From Myxococcota bacterium (GTDB lineage: Bacteria > Myxococcota_A > Polyangia > Polyangiales > Sandaracinaceae), in NCBI GenBank assembly GCA_036149055.1, contig JAYZQJ010000169.1, positions 1 through 47,667 on the forward strand: 47,667 nt of DNA. Reading direction: 5' to 3'. Below are positions 31,124 through 39,621 of the stretch, piece after piece. The notes under the pieces are model-generated. The model saw nothing but the letters and a program-made list of their open reading frames with translations, was not told where the DNA came from and did not search any database. The position numbers and the translations under genes were made by a program. The first letter of the stretch is position 1. Every line of letters begins with the position of its first letter.

Positions 31124-32050
31124 ATGGAACAGACCATCCCCGTCGTGTCGCTCGCGGACGGCGAGCGCGACCCCGAGCGCTTCGAGGCCCAGCTGGGCAA
31201 CGCGCTGCGCGACCTCGGCTTCGTGGCCGTCGAGGATCACGGCATCCCGCAGCGCGTCTTCGACGACGTGTACGCGGACTTCGCGCGCTTCTTCGCGCTC
31301 GAGGAGGCCGCCAAGCGCCGCTACGAGCGCCCGGACGAGGGTCGCGCCCGCGGCTACACGTCGTTCGGGGTCGAGCACGCGAAGGATCGCGCGGTCCCGG
31401 ACCTCAAGGAGTTCTTCCACGTGGGGCGCGAGGCCGATCCCGACCACCCCCGCCGGAAGGGCCTGATGGCCAACCAGTGGCCCGAGCAGATCCCCGGCCT
31501 GCGCGCTCACACCCTCGCCCTCTTCGAGGCGCTCGACCGGGTGGCGGCGCGGCTCCTCGCCGCCGTCGGGGGGCACCTCGGGGTCGAGCGCGACCGGCTG
31601 CCGGACCTCGCCCGAGACGGAAACTCGGTGCTCCGGGTCATCCACTACCCGGTGTGCGACGGCTTCGACGCCCCGGGCGCGATGCGGGCCGCGGAGCACG
31701 AGGACATCAACCTGATGACCCTGCTGCCGCCCTCGCCGCAGAGCGGGCTCGAGCTCTTGACCCGCGACGGGGAGTGGCTCCCGATCCACGCGATCGAGGG
31801 GCAGATCATCGTCGACACCGGCGACATGATGAGCCGGATCACGAACGGCGCGCTCCCCGCGACGACGCACCGGGTGGTCAACCCGGACGGCGAGCCCGAG
31901 GCTCGCTACTCGATGCCGTTCTTCGTGCACCCGCACGTCGAGGCGACGCTCGAGGTCCTGCCGCCCTGCCAGGGCGACGACGACCCGCCGCCGGTGGGCG
32001 CCCAGGACTTCCTGATGGAGCGGCTGCGGGCGATCGGGGTCGCCAAATGA
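31124..32050 (+). CDS. Isopenicillin N synthase-family 2OG-Fe(II) oxygenase
   Basis: IPVVSL, DLKEFFH, LRVIHYP, HEDINLMT, TTHRVVNP, RYSMPFFVHP. Confidence 0.92.
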   Translation: MEQTIPVVSLADGERDPERFEAQLGNALRDLGFVAVEDHGIPQRVFDDVYADFARFFALEEAAKRRYERPDEGRARGYTSFGVEHAKDRAVPDLKEFFHVGREADPDHPRRKGLMANQWPEQIPGLRAHTLALFEALDRVAARLLAAVGGHLGVERDRLPDLARDGNSVLRVIHYPVCDGFDAPGAMRAAEHEDINLMTLLPPSPQSGLELLTRDGEWLPIHAIEGQIIVDTGDMMSRITNGALPATTHRVVNPDGEPEARYSMPFFVHPHVEATLEVLPPCQGDDDPPPVGAQDFLMERLRAIGVAK

Positions 32051-32087
32051 GCCGGGTAGCGAAGTGAGCGGGGTAGCGAAGTGAGCC
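32048..32087 (+). repeat. 17-bp tandem duplication of a stop/start junction
   Basis: TGAGCCGGGTAGCGAAG TGAGCGGGGTAGCGAAG TGAGCC. Confidence 0.85.
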
Positions 32088-32422
32088 TGCTCGCGTTCGG
32101 CCCGGTCGTGCGCGACGGAGACCGTTGCACCGTCGCGGTCGAGGTGCCCGCCGACGTCGACTACTGCGAGGGGCACTTCGAGGGCGATCCAATCCTCCCG
32201 GGGATCGCGCAGCTGCTCCCGATGGTGCACGACCGCGTCCGCGAGGCGTGGCCCGAGCTCGGCGCCCTCACCGACGTGCGCCGCCTCAAGTTCAAGGAGG
32301 CCATCCGGCCCGGGCACCGGCTGACGGTGGTCCTGAGCCGGAGCGGCGCCAAGGTGAAGTTCGAGATCCGACGTGGAGAGACGACGTGCAGCACCGGTAG
32401 CCTCTCGTTCGAAGGGACCTAG
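32081..32422 (+). CDS. FabZ/ApeI-like hotdog-fold dehydratase
   Basis: CEGHFEGDPILPGIAQL, LKFKEAIRPG. Confidence 0.85.
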   Translation: MSLLAFGPVVRDGDRCTVAVEVPADVDYCEGHFEGDPILPGIAQLLPMVHDRVREAWPELGALTDVRRLKFKEAIRPGHRLTVVLSRSGAKVKFEIRRGETTCSTGSLSFEGT

Positions 32423-32442
32423 AGACTCACGGGGGGACAGCG

Positions 32443-34077
32443 ATGCGGCTCCGGATCGAGAACGCGCGGATCGTCGACGGCACGGGGGCGCCGGCGCGCG
32501 AAGGCGCGGTGCTGATCGAGGACGAGCACGTCGCCGAGCTCGGCGAGACGACCCTGACGCCGGACGAGACGCTCGACGCCGACGGCGCCGTCGTCGCGCC
32601 CGGCTTCATCGACATGCACTCGCACTCCGACTTCACGCTCCCGGGGCAGCCCGACGCGAGCGCGAAGGTGCTGCAGGGCGTGACCACCGAGGTGGTCTGC
32701 AACTGCGGCCTCGGGCTGACGCCGGCCAACGCGCGGGTCGAGGAGTTCTACGCGCTCATCCAGCCGATGATCTTCGGCGAGCAAGGCGGCAGCTGCTACC
32801 GCGACCTCGACGCCTACGCGGACCGGCTCCACGGCGACGGCGTGAGCGTGAACGTCGCGTGCCTGGTGCCGCACGGGAACGTGCGCGGCGCGGTCATGGG
32901 CATGGAGGAGCGCGAGCCGACGGGCGCCGAGATGGCCTCCATGCGAGAGCTGGTCGAGTCGCAGCTCTCGCAGGGCGCCTTCGGCCTCTCCACCGGGCTC
33001 GTCTACCCGCCGGGGGCCTTCGCCCGGACCGAGGAGCTGGTGGAGCTGGCCAAGGTCTGCCACCCCTACGGCGGCTTCTACGCGACCCACATGCGCGACG
33101 AGGGCACCCGGCTCGTGCCCTCGGTGAAGGAGGCGCTGACGGTCGGGCGCGAGGCGCGCGTCGGCGTCCAGATCAGCCACCACAAGGCGGCCGGGCGCTT
33201 CAACTGGGGCAAGACGAAGGCCACCCTGAGGCTGCTCGAGCAGGCGCGCGAGGACGGGGTGGACGTGCACAGCGACGTCTACCCCTACACCGCGGGGTCG
33301 ACCGTGCTCAGCGCGATGTTCGTCCCGCTCTGGGCCTTCGAGGGCAAGCAAGACGCGTTGCTGGAGCGACTGCAGGACCCGGCGACGCGCGCCCGCATCG
33401 TGAAGGACAGCAAGGCGCGCCTCCTCGGCTTCGCCAAGCTCCCCGGCGTCCTCGACCGCATCTTCCCGAAGCGCCTGCTGCTGCCCCTGCTCCTGCGCGA
33501 GCTGTCGAAGGTGATCGTGATCAGCTCGACCAAGACGCAGCACCACTACGAGGGCATGAGCCTCGCGGAGATGGCCCGGTCCCGTCGCCAGCCCCTCTAC
33601 GAGGCGATGATGGATCTCCTCGTCGAGGAGGAGACCGCGGTGGCCGCGATCGCGCACGTGATGGACGAGGGCGACGTGCAGCGGGTGATGAAGCACCCGT
33701 TCACGATGCTCGGCACCGACGGCTTCCCGCAGCGCGAGGGCAAGCCGCACCCGCGCACCTACGGCACCTACCCCCGGGTCCTCGAGCACTACGTGCGCGA
33801 GCTCGGGCTGCTGACCCTCGAGGAGGCGGTGCACAAGATGACCGGCATGGTCGCGGCGAAGCTCGGCCTGCCCGACCGCGGCGTGCTCCGGCCCGGCGCG
33901 CGCGCGGATCTGGTGCTCTTCCGGCCGGCGGCGGTGAAGGACCACGCGACCTACGCCGACCCGCGCAACCCGCCGGAGGGCATCGACCACGTCTTCGTGA
34001 ACGGCGCCTGGACCGTGAAGGACGGCCGGCACACCGGCGCGCGCGGCGGCCGGGTCCTGCGTCGTGGCGCGAACTGA
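32443..34077 (+). CDS. N-acyl-D-amino-acid deacylase (amidohydrolase)
   Basis: APGFIDMHSHSD, GVTTEVVCNCG, THMRDE, ISHHK, DVYPY, HPRTYGTYPR, ADLVLF. Confidence 0.92.
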   Translation: MRLRIENARIVDGTGAPAREGAVLIEDEHVAELGETTLTPDETLDADGAVVAPGFIDMHSHSDFTLPGQPDASAKVLQGVTTEVVCNCGLGLTPANARVEEFYALIQPMIFGEQGGSCYRDLDAYADRLHGDGVSVNVACLVPHGNVRGAVMGMEEREPTGAEMASMRELVESQLSQGAFGLSTGLVYPPGAFARTEELVELAKVCHPYGGFYATHMRDEGTRLVPSVKEALTVGREARVGVQISHHKAAGRFNWGKTKATLRLLEQAREDGVDVHSDVYPYTAGSTVLSAMFVPLWAFEGKQDALLERLQDPATRARIVKDSKARLLGFAKLPGVLDRIFPKRLLLPLLLRELSKVIVISSTKTQHHYEGMSLAEMARSRRQPLYEAMMDLLVEEETAVAAIAHVMDEGDVQRVMKHPFTMLGTDGFPQREGKPHPRTYGTYPRVLEHYVRELGLLTLEEAVHKMTGMVAAKLGLPDRGVLRPGARADLVLFRPAAVKDHATYADPRNPPEGIDHVFVNGAWTVKDGRHTGARGGRVLRRGAN

Positions 34078-34104
34078 CCGCGCTTCGGGTACCCTCCGGC
34101 CCAC

Positions 34105-34539
34105 ATGCGGATCCTGCTGACGCCGCCCGCCGGGCGGGACGAGGTCGACGCGGCGGCGCTCGCCCTCGGATGGTCGCTCGCGAACGTCTACCCGCGGCGC
34201 GACGGGCGCCCGCGGCAGGTGGTGTACGCGACCGGCGAGGCGCTGATCACCTTCGTGGACGACCACCGCGTCGACGCGCGCTACCTGGTGCTGTCCGGGC
34301 ACGACCCGGACGCCCTCGCCGACGCGGCCCGCGAGACGCTGCCCACCCTGAGCGAGGCGGCGGTGCTGGAGCTGGCCGCGACCGACCGGGTGCGCGCGCT
34401 CTGCTGGCTCGGGGTGGTCGGCGCGACGAGCCCGGCGGCGACGCGCGTCATCGAGGAGGCGCTCGAGAGCGACGAGGCGCCGGTGCGAGAGGCGGCCCGC
34501 TTCGCGGCGGAGGCGCTCGGCTGGGAGGGCGCCTCGTGA
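34105..34539 (+). CDS. Hypothetical protein with C-terminal HEAT-like helix pair
   Basis: ALESDEAPVREAARFAAEALGW; stop overlaps next GTG. Confidence 0.7.
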   Translation: MRILLTPPAGRDEVDAAALALGWSLANVYPRRDGRPRQVVYATGEALITFVDDHRVDARYLVLSGHDPDALADAARETLPTLSEAAVLELAATDRVRALCWLGVVGATSPAATRVIEEALESDEAPVREAARFAAEALGWEGAS

Positions 34540-35918
34540 CGATCCCCGAGCGCCCCCGCCTCGCCCCGGAGGTCCTCGCGCGGCTCCACCTCGCGGACGG
34601 CGAGGCCAAGGTGATCCTGCACGACCCGCGGCGCGACGTCGTGCTCGAGATCGAGCCCGCGAGCTGGATGGTGCTGCGCCAGGCGGACGGCACGCGGGAC
34701 CTCGACGCCCTCTGCCTCGCGGCCGCGCGCAGCGGGCTCTACCGCGGAGAGGCGGATCTGCGCGCGCTGCTCGAGGGCCTCGCCGAGGCGGGGGTGCTGG
34801 TGGACGGGATCCCGCAGCCCGCGCCGCCCGCCCCGGTCGACGCGCCCGCGCGCGACGAGCGCCGCCCCCTCGAGCCGCTGCCCGGCTACCGCTTCGCGTG
34901 CGACGGCAACGGGAGCTGCTGCCGCACCTACGGCAGCGTGACGTTCACCCGCCTCGAGGCGCTCCGGGCCCGGGTGACCGCCGAGCGCATGACGCTGCCG
35001 CTGCCCGCCGACGAGGCGTTCACCCCGCTGAGCGGCGGCGATCCCGAGAGCTGGGCGCTCGCGGTGGCGCAGGTCGAGGGGCGCTGCCTCTTCCTCGAAG
35101 GCGACGGGCTCTGCGGGCTGCATCGCCGGGACGGCGCGCTCGCCAAGCCGTTCCCCTGCCGCTTCTATCCGGCCATGCTCGTGGACGACGGCGTCGCGGT
35201 GCGGGTCAGCGCGCTCCCCGAGTGCAGCTGCGTCTACGCGAGCGCCGAGCGGCCGAGCGACGACGCGGCGCCGCTCGTCGACCCGGGCGCGCGCACGCTC
35301 GCGGAGCTCGGGCCGCAGGCGACGGTGGTGCACGTGCCCGACCCGGTGCCCCTCTCACCGATGCGCGCCGGCTCGGTCGCGGCCCTGCGCGCCTTCAGCG
35401 CGGCGCTGGTGGACGCGCTCGACGGAACGCAGGACGCGGCGGCGGTGGCCTGGGGCCTCGCGGCCCACATCGAGGCGCGCGGGCTCGAGGGCGCCACCGT
35501 GGAGGCCGCCGTCGCGCCGGCCCGGGACGAGGCGCTCCCCTGGCTCTCGGCGCTCGGCGCGCGGGCCCGCGAGGTCGCCGGCGTCGAGGCGACCTGGCGC
35601 GGGGGCTCGGACCGGTCGCGCGCGGTGGCGGCCTGGATCGCCGAGGCGCTGGCCGACCCGCCGTGGCCGCTCGAGGCGACCGATCCGGCGGCCGAGGCCT
35701 TCTACCTGCGCAGCCTGGCCCACGGCCACCGCCTCGCGGTGGAGGGTCGCCCCCTGAGCCACGGCCTCCGGGACCGCGCCACCCGCATCCTCGCCGCCCG
35801 GGCGATGGCCCGACGCGGCGCCCCCGTCGAGCCCCAGGACGCGCGCTGGCCCCTGGCGCCCCTCGAGGCCGCGATGCGCAACCTGCGCCTCTCCCCGTAC
35901 GCCGACTCGGTCGCCTGA
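34536..35918 (+). CDS. PqqD/RRE-like domain fused to YkgJ/FliB-type cysteine-cluster domain
   Basis: Tail of ORF 32373..35918, GTG 34536; N-term ILHDPRRDVVLEIEPASWMVLRQADGTRDL..LLEGLAEAGVL; FACDGNGSCC, CLFL..GLCGLH, KPFPCRFYP, ECSC. Confidence 0.82.
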   Translation: MTIPERPRLAPEVLARLHLADGEAKVILHDPRRDVVLEIEPASWMVLRQADGTRDLDALCLAAARSGLYRGEADLRALLEGLAEAGVLVDGIPQPAPPAPVDAPARDERRPLEPLPGYRFACDGNGSCCRTYGSVTFTRLEALRARVTAERMTLPLPADEAFTPLSGGDPESWALAVAQVEGRCLFLEGDGLCGLHRRDGALAKPFPCRFYPAMLVDDGVAVRVSALPECSCVYASAERPSDDAAPLVDPGARTLAELGPQATVVHVPDPVPLSPMRAGSVAALRAFSAALVDALDGTQDAAAVAWGLAAHIEARGLEGATVEAAVAPARDEALPWLSALGARAREVAGVEATWRGGSDRSRAVAAWIAEALADPPWPLEATDPAAEAFYLRSLAHGHRLAVEGRPLSHGLRDRATRILAARAMARRGAPVEPQDARWPLAPLEAAMRNLRLSPYADSVA

Positions 35919-35932
35919 TACGATGGGCCGCG

Positions 35933-36616
35933 ATGCGCGGCACGATGTCTCTGCTCCTCGCGCTGCTGGTGGGGGTGACGGCCTGCCCGCTCGAGGCGCG
36001 CGCGCAGGCGGAGGATCCGCGCACGGTGGACGTGCCCCCGCCTCCGCCGCAGACCGCGCCGGCGCCCCCTCCTCCGCAGGCCGCGCCGCCTCCCCTGGTC
36101 TGGGCGCCGCCGCCCCCGCCCCCTCGACCGGCGCCGGAGCTGTTGCCGGCGCCGGTGCCCTTCATGCTGGGCTTCGGGTTCGCGGTGCTCGGCGGCTTCG
36201 GGATCGCCGGCACGACCGCGGTGCTCCTCGAGGCCCCCTCGGTGGACGGCGAGCTGATCGGAGGCGCGACGCTGGCCTACCTGTTCTCGGCGGCGTTCGG
36301 CGGCGTGGGCCTCTTCATGATGGCCGGTGCCCTGACCGGCGACGTGAAGCTCTACAGCCGCGCGCCGGGCTGGCCCTGGACGGCGGCCATCTTCTCGACC
36401 CTCGGCGGCCTCGGCGCCATCGCGGCGGTGACCAGCTGGCTGGTGGACGGCGACTTCGGGGCCGACTCCATCGGCTACACCCTGGCGTCCATCGGCTGCT
36501 ACGGCCTGACCCTGCTCGTCTTCCTCGGCCTCGACGAGGCGGACGATCCGGGCGCGCGGCTCGGCGTGGTGCCCCTCCCCGGCGGCGGCGCGATGCAGGT
36601 GTCCGGGCGCTTCTGA
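35933..36616 (+). CDS. Pro-rich exported/membrane hypothetical protein
   Basis: Signal peptide, poly-Pro linker, about 4 hydrophobic segments, C-terminal PLPGGGAMQVSGRF. Confidence 0.7.
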   Translation: MRGTMSLLLALLVGVTACPLEARAQAEDPRTVDVPPPPPQTAPAPPPPQAAPPPLVWAPPPPPPRPAPELLPAPVPFMLGFGFAVLGGFGIAGTTAVLLEAPSVDGELIGGATLAYLFSAAFGGVGLFMMAGALTGDVKLYSRAPGWPWTAAIFSTLGGLGAIAAVTSWLVDGDFGADSIGYTLASIGCYGLTLLVFLGLDEADDPGARLGVVPLPGGGAMQVSGRF

Positions 36617-36658
36617 CCGCTTCCGAAGCCCGGAACGGGGCATACGGTCACGAAGGCC

Positions 36659-37804
36659 GTGAACATCCTGTCGGTCCTCGACTTCGTCGTGGCGGCGCTG
36701 CTCCTCACCGCGGCGTCGTACCTGGTGCGGCGCAGCCGCATGGGGGTCGCCGGCGTCGCGCTCGGCGGGCTGTGGGCGCTCCTCGTGGTCACCCAGCTGC
36801 TCGGTCTCGGCACCGCGTCGTGGCTCCTGCAGGTGTCGTTCGCCGCGGTCGCGATCTGTCTCGCGATCGCGTTCCAGGCCGAGCTCCGCCACGGCTTCGA
36901 GTCGTTCGCGGCGTGGTTCTCCCGGCGACGCGGCGGCGATCACTCGGAGCCCGAGGTCGACGCGATCATCGCCGCGGTCCGGCAGATGGCGGACGCGCGC
37001 ATCGGGGCGCTGCTGGTGTTCCCGGGCGAGCAGGCCATCGAGCACTGCCTCACCGGCGGCCACGAGCTGGACGCGCGCATCAGCGAGCCGCTGGTGCTCA
37101 GCCTCTTCGACCCGTCCTCGCCCGGACACGACGGCGCGGTGGTGGTCGAGGGCGGTCGCCTCACGCGCTTCGGCGTGCACCTCCCGCTGTCCTCGGACCA
37201 CGCCGCGCTCGGCCCGGGCGGCACCCGTCACGCCGCGGCGCTGGGCCTCGCGGAGCGCTGCGACGCGCTGGCGCTGGTGGTCTCGGAGGAGCGCGGGACG
37301 GTCTCGCTCGCCGAGCGCGGAGCCATCCAGCCAGTCCCGCCGGACGCGATCCTCGCCACCCTGAGAGAGCGCCTCGGCCGCGAGATCTCCGGCGAGCGAG
37401 GCGAGAGCGGCCCCCGCTGGCGGCGCGCCGGCCCCTGGCTCGACGTGGCGGTGGGCGCGGCGCTCGCCGGCCTCCTGTGGGCGTTCGTCGCGCCCGGCGT
37501 CTCCCGCGCCGAGCGGACGCTGACCCTCCCGGTGGAGGTGATGAACCTGCCCGACGGCTTCGAGCTCACCGAAGCGCGCCCCGCCGAGGTCGAGGTCACC
37601 CTCAACGGCCCGCGCATGCGGCTGTGGAGCCTCCAGCCCGAGGACGGCCGCGTCCTGATCGACGCCGGCCGCGTGCTCGAGGGCCGCCGCGGCTTCCGGG
37701 TCAAGCCCAGCGCCGTCCACCTCCCTCGCAACATCGAGGTCGTCGCCATCCACGATCCCCGGGTCCGCCTGAGGGTGCGCCGCTCGGGTCGCGCCTCGGA
37801 GTGA
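36659..37804 (+). CDS. Diadenylate cyclase (CdaA/DacA-type DisA_N) fused to a YbbR/CdaR-like domain
   Basis: 3 N-terminal TM then FQAELR; IGALLV; SPGHDGAVV; GTRHAAALGLAERCDALALVVSEERG; further TM then LPVEVMNLPDG..PAEVEVTLNGP. Confidence 0.88.
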   Translation: MNILSVLDFVVAALLLTAASYLVRRSRMGVAGVALGGLWALLVVTQLLGLGTASWLLQVSFAAVAICLAIAFQAELRHGFESFAAWFSRRRGGDHSEPEVDAIIAAVRQMADARIGALLVFPGEQAIEHCLTGGHELDARISEPLVLSLFDPSSPGHDGAVVVEGGRLTRFGVHLPLSSDHAALGPGGTRHAAALGLAERCDALALVVSEERGTVSLAERGAIQPVPPDAILATLRERLGREISGERGESGPRWRRAGPWLDVAVGAALAGLLWAFVAPGVSRAERTLTLPVEVMNLPDGFELTEARPAEVEVTLNGPRMRLWSLQPEDGRVLIDAGRVLEGRRGFRVKPSAVHLPRNIEVVAIHDPRVRLRVRRSGRASE

Positions 37805-37806
37805 CG

Positions 37807-39597
37807 TCAGGGCTCGGAGCCGTCGAGGAACACGCGCACCTGCACCCGCCCGTCGGGCGGCACGCTCACCCGCCGCGTCTCCTCCAGCCCGAGGACCGGG
37901 TTGACGAGCCGGACGGTGTGCGCCCCGGCGGGGACCTCGATCCCGCGCGCCGGCGCGTTGCGCCCGTGCTGCACGCCGTCGATCCAGATCTGCGCCCACG
38001 GCCGGGTGAACACGTCGAGCGTCCCGACCCCGTCCACCGCCCCCCGCGGCGCCGCCGCCACCTCGCGGCCCTCCTCCGCCGCCCCCGTCGCCCGCCGCCC
38101 CCCACCCGAGCGCGCGCCCCCCACCGGCGACGCAGGCTCGGCCCCCACCGCGGCCTCGCCCACGGCCCCAGACTCGGCGGCGGACTCGGACTCGGCGGCG
38201 GACTCGGCGACGGACTCGGACCCGGACTCGGACTCGGACTCGGACTCGGACTCGGACTCGGACTCGGACTCGGACTCGGACTCGGTCTCGGCGGCGGCTT
38301 CGGTCTCGGCTGCGGCTTCGGACTCGGCTGCGGCTTCGGACTCGGCTTCGGCTTCGGACTCGGCTGCGGCTTCGGCTTCGGCTTCGGACACCCCCGAGCC
38401 CGAGGACGAAGCGCTCGCGATCTGCGCCTCGGCCTCCCCTTCGCCTCCCGTCCCTGACAGGGCCCAGACCACCGCCCCGCCGACCACCGCGAGCATCAGC
38501 GCCGCGAACGCCCACATCGGCAGCTCGCGCTTCTCGGACGACGAGGACGAGGCCGGCTTCACCCGCGCCACGACCTCCGGCTCCGACCCCGGCGCGAGCA
38601 TCGTCACCCCGTCGGGCGACACCCCGGTGGCGACCAGGGTCTCGATCCGGCTCGGGTTCGACGGCTGGGTCGGCGCGTGCGCGTCCGGGGCCTCGTCGCC
38701 GACGAGCGGCCTCAGCTCCCCCGGGTCGAGCACGATCTGGCACTTGTAGCTGACCGCGAGGATCTCCTTGGTCAGCTCGCGCGCCGTCTCCACCCGGGCC
38801 TCGCGATCGGGCTGCAGCAGCCGCTCCACCAGCGCGTCGACCTCCGGGGGCACCCCGGTCGAGAGGAGCGAGGGGGCCTGGTAGTCCATGTCCTCCAGGG
38901 TCGCGTCGACCGAAGGATCGACCATGCCCTTCCAGGGCCGCTCCCCGGTGATCATCTCGTAGAGCAGGATGCCGACCGCGAAGAGATCGCAGCGGGCGTC
39001 GAGCGCCTCCCCGCGGATCTGCTCGGGCGCCATGTAGAGCGGCTTGCCCGCGACGAGCGACGTGCGGGCCTCGTGCGACGAGAAGGCGGCGATGCCGAAG
39101 TCGGTCAGCTTGACCACGCCCTGCCGGCCGACGAGCACGTTGGCCGGGCTCACGTCGCGATGGATCACGCCGGCTGGCTCGCCGTCCTTGCCGACGAGCG
39201 AGTGCGCCGAGTCGAGCGCCCGCGCGACGTCGAGCCCGATCTGCAGCGTCTGGGCGAGCGTCGGCCTCTTCCTTTTCGCCGCGAGCGCTGCGAGGATGGT
39301 GTCGACGCTCTGCCCGTCGACGAACTCCATGACGATGAACAGCTCGTCTTCGTGACGACCGAAGTCGAAGACCTGAACGATGTTCGCGTGCTGCAAGCGC
39401 GCGGCGATCTGCGCCTCACGGATGAAGCGTTGCGCCATCGACTCCTGCTGCGCCCACTCCGCCTTGATGCGCTTGATGGCGACGATCTTCTCGAAGCCGT
39501 GCGGCCCGACCGCGCGGGCCTTCACGACCTCCCCCATGCCCCCGACGCCGAGCGGCGCGAGGATCTCGTAGCGGTCGAAGCGAGTCGAAGCGGCCAT
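37807..39597 (-). CDS. Membrane Ser/Thr protein kinase with Ser/Glu/Ala-rich linker and C-terminal PEGA-like domain
   Basis: ATG 39597 MAASTRFDRYEIL; GVGGMGEV, VAIK, HRDVSPANV, DFG, GKPLYMAPE; TM; PWAQIWIDG..GAHTVRLVNP. Confidence 0.92.
   Translation of the reverse strand: MAASTRFDRYEILAPLGVGGMGEVVKARAVGPHGFEKIVAIKRIKAEWAQQESMAQRFIREAQIAARLQHANIVQVFDFGRHEDELFIVMEFVDGQSVDTILAALAAKRKRPTLAQTLQIGLDVARALDSAHSLVGKDGEPAGVIHRDVSPANVLVGRQGVVKLTDFGIAAFSSHEARTSLVAGKPLYMAPEQIRGEALDARCDLFAVGILLYEMITGERPWKGMVDPSVDATLEDMDYQAPSLLSTGVPPEVDALVERLLQPDREARVETARELTKEILAVSYKCQIVLDPGELRPLVGDEAPDAHAPTQPSNPSRIETLVATGVSPDGVTMLAPGSEPEVVARVKPASSSSSEKRELPMWAFAALMLAVVGGAVVWALSGTGGEGEAEAQIASASSSGSGVSEAEAEAAAESEAEAESEAAAESEAAAETEAAAETESESESESESESESESESESGSESVAESAAESESAAESGAVGEAAVGAEPASPVGGARSGGGRRATGAAEEGREVAAAPRGAVDGVGTLDVFTRPWAQIWIDGVQHGRNAPARGIEVPAGAHTVRLVNPVLGLEETRRVSVPPDGRVQVRVFLDGSEP
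38170..38390. repeat. Coding microsatellite (CGGACT)10 with degenerate flanks, encoding (SE)n/(AE)n
   Basis: Ten exact CGGACT copies 38223-38282 inside the kinase gene. Confidence 0.9.
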
Positions 39598-39621
39598 CGG
39601 CGACCTCGCCTCCACGTTAGC

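Noticed and set aside
31124..32422. Beta-lactam or aryl-polyene biosynthetic cluster
   Set aside because: No NRPS, ketosynthase or ACP genes; both enzyme families commonly occur alone
37901..38749. Plus-strand (SD)n ORF resembling staphylococcal Sdr adhesins
   Set aside because: It is the antisense reading of the kinase (SE)n linker; no signal peptide or anchor
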